A stretch of 38,462 bases of DNA from the NCBI GenBank assembly GCA_049999805.1, contig JBNGIO010006304.1:290695-329156 (forward strand), written 5' to 3'. A program made the translations under genes and the position numbers. The notes beneath the pieces were generated by a model. That model saw nothing but the letters and a program-made list of their open reading frames with translations, searched no databases and had not been told where the DNA came from. Origin of the DNA: Folioceros fuciformis. Taxonomy: Eukaryota. Shown here piece after piece: positions 1 to 9,708 of this stretch; position 1 is the stretch's first letter; every line of letters starts with the position of its first letter.

Positions 1-174
1 ATCTACCAATCTTATATTTGAGCTCCTTATATATGTGTCTCATAATATCATAAATAAAAAATTAATTAAGAAAAAGTCTAGCTATCATGTAAAACATGTT
101 CTCTAGAGACTTTGTGAAGCGGCGATGGGGATGGATCACGAGGGGGAGCTGTGGAGTGGTGCAGTAGACGAGGT

Positions 175-266
175 GATCAAGCTTGAGCGATGTCGATGAT
201 CAAGCTTGAGCGATGTCGATGATCAAGCTTGAGCGGTGTTGATGATCAAGCTTGAGCGGTGTCGAT
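175..266. repeat. Tandem repeat, 23 bp x4
   Basis: Unit gatcaagcttgagcg(a/g)tgtcgat starting at 175, 198, 221 and 244. Confidence 0.95.
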
Positions 267-405
267 GTCGCAACTTGGCAGCAAGAAGTGATATGGTGAA
301 GTAGGTACTACACACCTATTTAGGTAATTACTAGTTCTCTACCGCCGTACGTACGCAAGCTGTTACTGTTACGGGGGCGTAGAGCCATGACTAGTATGGA
401 GCATA

Positions 406-530
406 GTACACCAAGTCCAAAGGGTGTAGAGTAGACCAAGTCCCAAGGTTGTAGAGTAGACCAAGTCCCAAGGGTGTAGAGTAGACCAAGTCCCAAGGGT
501 GTAGAGTAGACCAAGTCCCAAGGGTGTAGA
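406..530. repeat. Tandem repeat, 25 bp x5
   Basis: Unit gtagaccaagtcccaagggtgtaga starting at 406, 431, 456, 481 and 506. Confidence 0.95.
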
Positions 531-946
531 GTAAGGCCCTTGGCTAATATGGATAAGAGTCAGAAGGTATAGTGTAAGGCCCTTGGGTGCGGTCTCCATT
601 AGGTTCACGGCAGCTATTAGGGTTAGGGTTTGGCAATGATGATTGGTTTCTCCAATTACCATGAGCATGCAGCTTCAATGTAGCGGGATTTAGACTTTTA
701 GCAATTTTTATCCTTATCTTTTCCTTTTTCTGTTTTCCTACTTTTAGAATATTATTATCTTGGGGTTTCAATTGTTATGAAGCAAGGCAGGAGTGAGCAA
801 GTTTTGAAGCGGGCCAACGGCCATGGGTCCTCATTCTTCAGCTTTTGCCAAGGACTCTCCTTATCCTATGTGTGGAAAGCTATTCACAGTTTGGGGTGTT
901 TGTCATCATATGGTTTTGATGCACAAGAATTTGGACCAGTCTACAT

Positions 947-1070
947 GCAACTTAGATATGCTTCTTCTTCTTCTTTGGTGGCGCCGCTACGCAACGTAGA
1001 TATGCTTCTTCTTCTTCTTTGGTGGCGCCGCTACGCAACTTAGATATGCTTCTTCTTCTTCTTTGGTGGC
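947..1070. repeat. Tandem repeat, 44 bp x~2.8, inside the retroelement ORF
   Basis: Unit gcaacttagatatgcttcttcttcttctttggtggcgccgctac starting at 947, 991 and 1035 (partial). Confidence 0.95.
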
Positions 1071-2060
1071 CCCTAGCGGCGCTGGCGAGGGTAACCTTCA
1101 TTCCCCTTCTCCGGCATCATGGCAATGGTTGTCGGCTCAATCTGGTCACCTCTTGGCATTATTTGAAGCACGCTTGCCAGAACTACGTTTCTTCGAACGC
1201 CTCCCACCACGCCTTCATGATGACATTCACTTGGCATATCAACTTCCTTAAGAGCGCTTAGCACTAGATCCCCAAGATGAGGATGCTTAAGCTTTGTTCC
1301 TTTTTCTTCCTAGATGGTGTCTTCAGTGCTCGAGGGGGGTGTCCCTATCCATCAAGAGGTGGCTTCTCGCCTTCGACATTTTTGTTCCGGAGACTGGCAA
1401 GGCCTTCAAGAGGAGTCTATATGTATTGCAAAGTCTCAGTTGGATTCTGCTAAGTCTGATAGAGTTCGGCCTGACTCCATAAAGGCGCATCTTAACAGGA
1501 GCCTTTTGTTGGGTCATGCTAGGAAGTATGCTCGGGCTCTCTATCTTGAGCCAATGGCTCCGGCTTCCGAGGCGACCATTATGACTTTACGTGGCCTTCA
1601 TCCAGCGTCAAGATCCCCTATTTCAAAGGAGAATATCAATTTTGTTGCAAAAGAGCCTTTCTGTTTGGATAGGGCTATATTTGGGCAGGCCCTTATACCC
1701 GCCCCACGCTGGGGGTTTATCAAGGACAGTCTATGACCATATTCGTGACTACTTTTCTCTTGAGGATCCCTCTAATGGCTTTCTAGAGTTTTTTCTTTCA
1801 GCGACTACGGTTTTAAGGGAGGAAGTTTTCCCCCTTAGGTTTCACATGTTTTCAGGCCAAGTAGGTCGCTGGCCATAAAGAAGGCCACTCATGGGTGCGT
1901 CCAATCACTATGGGAGAGGCTTTCTTGCGGCTCATCAGTTGGAGTATTGCTCTTCAGCTCCAAGATCATTTCCAATCTCATCTCGATCTTCACCAGTTTG
2001 GGATTGCAAATCCAAGAGGTTGTGAATCGGTCGCATTTGGCGTTTTGGCAGTTCTTGAGA

Positions 2061-2160
2061 NNNNNNNNNNNNNNNNNNNNNNNNNNNNNNNNNNNNNNNN
2101 NNNNNNNNNNNNNNNNNNNNNNNNNNNNNNNNNNNNNNNNNNNNNNNNNNNNNNNNNNNN
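2061..2160. other. Assembly gap (100 N)
   Basis: Run of N with tcttgaga on both sides. Confidence 1.
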
Positions 2161-2838
2161 TCTTGAGACTCACCTAGACTAGGTTGTTGTGCTAGTGGAC
2201 ATAGAAAATGCCTTCAACATAATATCCAAGGTAGCTATCTTTGATGAGCTTTTGAGCGCTGGAGAGTAGTTGGCAAGCCTCGTTCATTTTGTCCGTTCAT
2301 TCTACGGATTGCCTTCCCTTCTCTACTACCAGTATGGGCCGGTGGTCGAGGGGGTTTTAGTGTTTGATTCTGCGGAAGGCACAAGGCAGTGCGATCCCTT
2401 GAGGGGGCCCTCTTTGCGATGGCTCATTTTAGGGTCCTTTCTGTTATTGCCTCGTCATATTTTATTGCTTATATCCCTCTCTACCGGAAAATACTCACAT
2501 TTTGGGGCTAGGTCATCACACAAGCAAGGCTTTCGAGATTTTTTCCTTTAAGTTAGTTCCTATTGACAAGATTGAAGGTGAAGTTTTCGAAGTGCAGGGT
2601 TTAGTCCGCTTCTGTTAGGTTATCTCCTCTGGTCTTTTCGCGGGGTGAAATCACTTTCTCACAAGGCCTTCAAGTTCTGGGGATCTCGACGGGGCCTCTA
2701 ATCTTTGTCCAAGGCTTTGCGGATGCAGCCCTTCAGAAGGACCTTGTCTACGTGAATGACCTTGCCAAAATGTGAGACCCACTAGTGGCTTTTAGAATTC
2801 TTTCCTCATGTTTTGCACGTCGTCCAAGGTACCTTCTC

Positions 2839-5215
2839 TGGCCTCACTGCAAGCCGAGGATCCTGGTTGATACTTCTACTACATGGAGGGATCAGCCCCT
2901 CCTTGCAACCCTAGTTGCCCCAACAGCAATTCCCTCGAATCTACTTCAGCTGCCTTGTCCAAATCCTCTTCCTTCCTTCCAGCCGATTGCAGGTCATCCT
3001 TCTTTTGTTCTCCCTTTTGTTGAAAGGGAGAGATCCCCAACCCTGCTTGGTTATCCACTTGCTAGACGGATACTCTGGTCCCCTCCACCAAGGGTACCAC
3101 CTCAAAGGCTTGTCGTCCTTCCTCCTCCTGCTTGGCTGTCAAGAGCCCATAAGCGCCCCATATGTGCACCACATAGGTGTTGAGGTGGGTGTGTTGAGGA
3201 CCTCCATTGTCCTATTTGTTTGGGCGCAATAGCTTGTCATGGTGGTCCCCCAACACGACAGTCCCCCAATCCAGTCGAGTGCCTTGCTTAACCTTCCACA
3301 AAAAATGAAAGAAGAAGTTGGAGAAGTAGGTCATTCTTTAATACCAGGTTAGGGCCAGCATAATCTTGGTGAAGAGCTTCCACTATGGGTCTGTGAGTTT
3401 ATCCATCCCCCAGCCATTTCGAGTTTTCGCATCCATCCTCTTATCACTATGTTGATGGCCTCCTCTGGTACCTCCAATGCTGGGGTCTTCTTCCCCTCTT
3501 GTCCCTTGTCTAGGATGCATGCTCCTCCTGCTTCATCTTCAAGAAACCTATACACCTTTTAAATGTGTTGGACTATCTATCCCCTCAGAGTCTTCACATC
3601 CTGACTTGAGAGGATAGCAATCTCCTCAGGGGTCAGCTTCAACTACAAGTAGCACTCCTTGATGAGCCCCTCATGGGCATACACTTAGTGTCACCCGTAA
3701 ATCCACTAAAGGTTGATGCCTTCTTCTACAGCCCATGTCCGGAAGTCCCATAGATCCTTAAGGGACAACTACCTTGCTAGGCAAAGGAACTCCGGCTCAT
3801 TTCCCCTTGCTCCTTTCTTCCTCTTAGCGGGAAGGGAGGGTGCCTCCTTCTTCACCTCTTGTATGGGTAGGGCAGGCTCGGGATGGTGCCTGGTCTTCAT
3901 GTCAACTCTAGCTTACCAACCACACTTGGGCCTAAAGTGTGCTAGAAGTTATGAGAGACGAGTAGAAGGCCAGACGCGATAGAGAAAGTGAGGTGACGGA
4001 AGACGATAGGGGAAAAAGCAATAGGAAGCGTGGGGAGAAGAGGGTATGGCCGACCCGACCCTCAGCAGCAGTAATTGGGGCCGGCCAGTAAGACAACAAC
4101 TTGGTCCCGAACATTAGCATGGCTGTGGCCAATAGCTGGGTTTCAACACCAACTAGACTTGGACCAGGAAACGAGGTGAGCAGTAGAGCCGAGATAGCGG
4201 GATCAAGACTAGGGAAAGGATGAGGAAGAGAAAAAGGAAAGGAGAGCACAGCCGGGACCAAATCTAGATTTGGTGGGGCTGTTAGAGATAAGGCCTCGAC
4301 AATTGTGAAAACAGGATCACACAAGGTAGGTGGTCCTACTTCCCTTTAGCACTGCGGGGTAACAACTCTGCCTTATGGACCTAATCCCTCGCAAACCAGC
4401 TCCCTGTACCTCTAGCGGTGTCATCCGTAATGATCACCAACCTCAGTAGGGTAGTGCGAATCGAGTTCGGGTGGGGGAAAAAGGGAAAAGAGAGAATGGG
4501 AGAGGGAGTGCAGATCCCAAAAGCACGACGCAACCCTGGTAGTCGATAGTTTGGACGGGACCTAGACAACGGCCTGGGAACCTCCTGAGAGTGGAATTGC
4601 TGCAACCCAGTTGCTCAACAAGCTCCAAGTTGGCTCGGGGCAGCGGGATGCACTATAGGTAGGTGAGGTGATAGCCGGGGTAAGAGCTGGGGTCTGCGGG
4701 ACGGGGCGGCTGGGAGCAGGCCGAATCAGGAGTTGGGACAGCCGGATCTGGGCGCTGGACAATGGGTTGGAATCAGGCCCTTACAGTGTCGGGGATGGGA
4801 AATTGATGAGGGTGGGGGTTGGAGAAGGGTGCGCAGGTCGATGCGAGTGAAGATTGGGGAGAATTCGGGACAAGGGATGAGTGGCAAGATTGAGGACTAG
4901 GGTTGGCTAGGAGAGGGTGCGCGAGGCATCGACTGATCGAGATCAGTAGCATAATGGTCTGATCCTACAGCCTGGACCTCCAATTTCCGGTAGTGAGGGC
5001 TGGGGAGGCTGATTGGCTACGCTTTGGGATGGGTTGGAGCTAGATTGGCAATCGCGCCGGGTGTCTGGCTAGCTAGGAGAGCTTGCTGAGAGAGGGAGGG
5101 TGGAGGTAGGAGGAGCTCGGCTGGGACAAATTTGGGCAAGAAGAGAGGAGGGGCTGGGCTGATTAGGTTCAAGAGTACTGTGAGGCAAAGACCTAGCCAG
5201 CAACCGGGATTAGGA
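2839..5215 (-). mobile_element. Unidentified decayed, probably TE-derived segment interrupting the retroelement
   Basis: Abrupt junction at the end of the RT thumb region. Stop-riddled charged minus-strand frames (e.g. WKVKQGTRLDWGTVVLGDHHDKLL) and strong purine/pyrimidine strand skew. No diagnostic domain recognised. Confidence 0.3.
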
Positions 5216-5426
5216 TTAGGGGCTCAAGGCAGCAGGATCTAGTATGGCCCCGGTTATGGTGGGTTCCCATGCTGCTTGACCCGGGCAAGTCATTAGGTTG
5301 CCCCATTGGTTCCGTGGTTCGCATGCGACCCGAGCAAGAACTCGGACATTGTAAAATTGACCTATACAATTCGGTGGGTTTTGTCTTTTTAAACCGAGTT
5401 TCATCGGTTCGAAAACCCTAAGAAGG

Positions 5427-5690
5427 CAACCTCCGTTGTTTCGCACAAAGGACTTTGAACAACCTCCGTTGTTTCGCACAGAGGACTTTGAACAACCTCT
5501 GTTGTTTCGCACATAGGACTTTGAACAACCTTTGTTGTTTCGCACATAGGACTTTGAACAACCTCCATTGTTTCGCACAGAGGACTTTGAACAACCTCCG
5601 TTGTTGCGCACAAAGGACTTTGAACAACCTCCGTTGTTTCGCACATAAGACTTTGAACAACCTCCGTTGTTTCGCACATAGAACTTTGGA
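5427..5690. repeat. Tandem repeat, 33 bp x8, with an aacaac-ctcc-gttgtt palindrome
   Basis: Unit caacctccgttgtttcgcaca(g/t/a)aggactttgaa starting at 5427, 5460, 5493, 5526, 5559, 5592, 5625 and 5658. Confidence 0.97.
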
Positions 5691-6104
5691 CTCCACCATG
5701 CGAGACCTAACATTATGTCGGCATACCACATTGCTAGTGAGAGGAAGTCTCGAGCATCTTTGGCTGTCTTAGTACCTTCGGTGGGGAGTTTTCAAGATGG
5801 TGTCTTCTAATGGCATTTTGGTGTACGGCGTTGTGGTGGCAACAATGGCACAAATTCAAGATATTTTTAAAATATGGTTGATTCTTCAACTAGTTCTTCA
5901 ATACATGAGAGTCTATTATATTCTTTTGATGATGCTCTTGATGACTTTGTGTTTTCCTATACAAATCTCGTAGCATTAATCATTGGCCTCATTGATGAGG
6001 AACAATTACCTCATGGTTTCATAAGTGGAGTCCAATTTGGTATATATTATATTAAACCTCATGTTCTAGATATGTAGCTTTTATATAAACATGTAGCCAT
6101 TGTT

Positions 6105-6975
6105 GATGAGAAGAGGTTTAAGAATATTTTTTGTTTCTCTTGATCTGCATTTACCTACATTTCTTCTCTGGTTGTTACAGATTTGGAGCACAGGATTATT
6201 AAAGTACAAAAACAGGTGGTAATTACACTGAGAAGAATGGTAGTAGGTGACAATTACACTGAGAAGAATGGTAGCAGGTGACAGCTATGTATCGTTAGGA
6301 GAGTCTTTCGGTACACTATGTATCGTTAGGAGAGTCTTTCATACAGCTATGTATCGTTAGGAGAGTCTTTCGGTATAGGTTCAAGTACTACATGCGAAGT
6401 AACACACATGTTCATTGCTTCACTCATAAAAAATGCTGGTGTGCATCTACAATGGCCTAATGAAGATGATATAGACAAGGTCAAGAGAGGCTTTCAGGAG
6501 AAACTAGGTTTAGTCAATTGTTGTGGTGCGATACACGTAACTCACTTTAGAATGGAATTGGATTTAGGTGAAAATTCCTACGAGTACCGTGGAAGGTACC
6601 AAGATGTCACCATGGCAATGCAGGCTATCGTTAGTTATGACAAAAAAAAATTCTTGGATATTGTTACAGGATGGCCTAATGTAGCTCATGATATGTGGAT
6701 TTTATACAATATCATATAGCTAACGCTGGAGTATCTCTAAATGGCCTTGACATGATAGTAAATGGTTTTCCATTTAGAGAATACATTATTTTATCCTTGC
6801 CTGAGAGATGGACTCCTTCAACTACAAGTAGTCTTCCACTTGTATGGTGGTAGAAGATGCAATTGGTGCCTTTAAAAAAGTATGGGGGATTTGGGGTAGA
6901 AAGGTTTAGCGAGGAAATGTTCGATTGTTCAAGAAAATTAATTATGCATGTATTCAGCTATATAACATTTGCATA
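6105..6975 (+). pseudogene. Harbinger (HARBI1/ALP1-like) DDE transposase pseudogene
   Basis: DEKRFKNIFCFS*SAFTYI; QVVITLRRMVAGDSYVSLGESFGIGSST; HLQWP; GLVNCCGAIHVTH (GAIDxTH with the D lost); MQAIV; FLDIVTGWPNVAHD; FNYK*SSTCMVVEDAIGAFKKVWGI; YACIQLYNICI. Multiple stops and frameshifts. Confidence 0.9.
6221..6371. repeat. Two adjacent 31-bp tandem duplications (x2 and x3) inside the transposase
   Basis: aattacactgagaagaatggtag(t/c)aggtgac x2, followed by ...ctatgtatcgttaggagagtctttc x3. Confidence 0.9.
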
Positions 6976-7143
6976 AATAGTGGGGAGGAAGTGGATCCAG
7001 AATTGATGAGCCGGGAAAATGATGAGGAGCCTAGACCCGGAATACCTCGTATGCTATACATCCAAGCAACTCAGAAGGAAATACTCTACACACTCAATTG
7101 ATGGAATTATTATGCTCTAAAGATAGTGGAGAAGGTAGCTCTG

Positions 7144-7260
7144 ATTGAAACAAATCTTTATTTATGTCTATCTATTTATCACATTGAAACAAATCTTTAT
7201 TTATGTCTATCTATTTATCACATTGAAACAAATCTTTATTTATGTCTATCTATTTATCAC
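7144..7260. repeat. Tandem repeat, 39 bp x3 (perfect)
   Basis: attgaaacaaatctttatttatgtctatctatttatcac starting at 7144, 7183 and 7222. Confidence 0.95.
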
Positions 7261-8130
7261 CTTTTTTAATTTGAGCAGCTTGAATAAGAGCTGCTCCTAA
7301 GCTTTGAATACTTATAGACATGTCAGCCATTGCATGAACTATATTGTTTCCAATTGCAGTACTCATTTCCAATTTCTTCTCTTCTATTGCAACATATATT
7401 GCCATTTTTTTCTCCTCAGTTATAGTGAACAATACCAAATTTTCCTTCTCCCACTATACGAGGTCGTCGTATCGAGCTTGCATAGATAGAGATTCTTGCC
7501 TTGAATGCACCAATTGATCCGCATAGCGCTTTTCTTGCAAAGACAATATTGCATTTACAAAGTTTTGAGTTTTTTTTTTTACATTTTCTATAAGTGGTAA
7601 ACCCCTCATGGCCTCCCTCACCAAAAAGTCCAAACTCGATATCTGCATCTACATTGCTACCTTCGTCCCCTCTTGCCACCTTATTGGAATCTAGAGTACC
7701 ATTAGAGGATGTTAAATGCGACGTGGTTTCTTCCATACTCAAGCCTTGAATAACAACACTCCTTAATCCACATGCTCCATCTTCACTACTAGATGCTAAG
7801 TTGCGAGATCCATCTTTACTGCCAGATGCTAAGTTGCGAGATCCATCTTCACTGCCAGATGCTAAGTTGCGAGATCCATCTTCACTGCCAGATGCTAAGT
7901 TGCGAGAATTGCTGGAGTTGGGTGGTGTCTAGGAGAATGCATATAACTACATTTTTGGATTGCGGTACTTGGTGTGGTGTTGTAGTCTTGAGGGTGGACT
8001 CTTGTGCTTGGTGTGGTGTAGCCCAATGTATGTAGTTTGAGTTGTGTTGGAAGCATGCTTCCTTGGGCTTCTTCGTTTGCTTCCTTGTTACCCAAGTATG
8101 GTAAAAAATGTGCGCAATCTGTTTCCATAC
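7250..8130 (-). pseudogene. Possible Harbinger second ORF (Myb/SANT-type partner) remnant
   Basis: Broken helical, charged minus-strand frames (7454-7648, 7250-7438) convergent with the transposase, as expected for Harbinger elements. No intact Myb domain recognised. Confidence 0.35.
7776..7907. repeat. Tandem repeat, 33 bp x4
   Basis: tccatcttcactgccagatgctaagttgcgaga starting at 7776, 7809, 7842 and 7875. Confidence 0.95.
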
Positions 8131-9708
8131 AACTCGACCCTTGATTTATAACAGTATGCTAAAACGGCGTCAAAAAAACTTCCGTGCTGTTCTGCCAGTT
8201 TTGGGCATCACTTGTCCCGGGCAAGTTGAGGGGTACCCAAAAATACACCCCTCAAGTTTGCCGGACTCGAGCTCGAGTGTCAGAAGTTTGCAAGGTGACA
8301 ATCGAAGCTTGGCATTTGCTGCTGCGGTGGAGGCTTTTTGCTCAGGTCGGGCATCATGCAAACCCAAGATTAGCACTGGTACATGATGAGCTCTTACATC
8401 GCAAGTGTTGTTGATCTCCCTGGAGGTTCGGATTAGCTCGGGTTAGGGACAAGGCCATGTACAAGGCATTTTCCAAGTTTTTGAAGTCTTACAAGTCGTA
8501 CACCAAGGTGGTTCACATAAGAAAAAATGGGCTTATCTTCCTCTTTCATATATTGTAGCATTTTTTCGGCAATGGGTTTCTATTGCTCTACACTGCATTT
8601 TGGCTAATACCATATACTCCTAGCACAACAACGTTGGCAAGAGGGGTAGCATCAACAACCCCAGTTGTAGATAGACCCTTTCTCTTCCCAGACCATAATG
8701 TTTTAGATACTATTAATAATCATTAAGCTTTGAGGGTTAGCCTCTAGTGTTCCAATGCTCCCTCTTTACACGTACATGGTTTTTCCATCATATTTTCTCA
8801 AATAAATAAATAAATAAATAATATTACTTTGTGAAGTGCTTTCCTCGAACCAATCCCACAGCCTTTCCCTAAACCGATCCCACACAACTAAATTGCCATT
8901 TGCCTATCACGCAAAGTACACGTAATAATCAAAACACTAGTTTGGACACTCCCACAAGAAGGTAGGTTTGTGTGCCAGTCCATTTGAATTATGGACATGC
9001 GCTTGTTAAGCTATGAAGGTGACCCTAAAGGAAACCCCAAGGTCCGAGGATGTACAGGATTCGGCCATTTATTATGGAGCAGTTAATCGAATCATTTGTA
9101 AATCACATCTCATAATACAAAGGCTATTATTACAGCCGTGTGAAGGGAACGTGCCCTTCTCCGTTTCAAATTGAAGCTAAGCAGGCCTCCCTTCCAACTC
9201 GCTTTCCCCGTTTCTTGTCATGGCGGTGTAACGGGAATCAAATCCCGTTCACGCCGAAAACAAACATACAGTAGTATTCCCAGTTGAGGTTCGTCCGCCG
9301 AGCCTAGTCATGGGCTACAAACGAACGTCCGAACCAACTCACACAGAACGTGGCAAAATGCGGCAGTACAGACACGACGGGCGTACTTTGCTTCAGCCAT
9401 CCGCCAGAGAAAAAGAGGTACCGTTGTTGAGATCGGAGTCTGAGATTGGTGCTTTACTCGATGTACTACATAAGGTGGGATTGCGGATTCGGACCACCTA
9501 GAAGTGGATCTCCCAAGAGCGCTAGTGTCTCGGAATCGATCCGGCCTGGTAACAGTTCATGCTATATATGTAGAGCAGGTGATAGAAGCTTTGCGACAAG
9601 TTGTGGAGCTCTTGACTGCCTAGATCCAGCCTTGTCCGGGTTTGTGACTCAGACTAGAAGCTGGTGGGGATCCGGTAGGAAGCAGGCCCCTCGATGAGCT
9701 GATACTGC

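Larger units (their letters stand above)
823..2838 (+). mobile_element. Degenerate non-LTR retrotransposon, CRE/SLACS-like single ORF (zinc finger + reverse transcriptase), 3' truncated
   Basis: Read across frameshifts and stops: ATG 823; C2H2-like YPMCGKLF..CHHMVLMH (862-924); LFLFLPRWCL; F.SGDW; AP..T...L.GLHP; RPITMGEAFLRL; HQFGIANPRGCE; VVLVDIENAFN; SAEGTRQCDPL (GxxQGDPL); PSLPENTHILG (decayed xADD); GLQVLG; ILSSCFARRPRYLL, after which similarity stops. No APE domain is seen upstream of the RT. Confidence 0.85.
5219..8393 (+). mobile_element. Degenerate PIF/Harbinger DNA transposon (boundaries tentative)
   Basis: HARBI1-like transposase remnant on + and a convergent second ORF remnant on -. 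5252-5288 is inverted-similar to 8338-8374 (26/37 identical). Ends read tta|ggggctca ... tgagctc|tta, consistent with a TTA target duplication. Confidence 0.6.

Noticed and set aside
320..668. Minus-strand ORFs over the 25-bp repeat
   Set aside because: Translations of the tandem repeat with no protein features.
5427..5690. CRISPR-like array of palindromic ~33-bp repeats
   Set aside because: Units are directly adjacent with no unique spacers, there are no cas genes, and the context is a eukaryotic TE.
5216..5772. Repetitive ORFs on both strands (VRNNGGCSKS, CETTEVVQSP, etc.)
   Set aside because: They arise from a stop-free repeat unit whose length is a multiple of 3.
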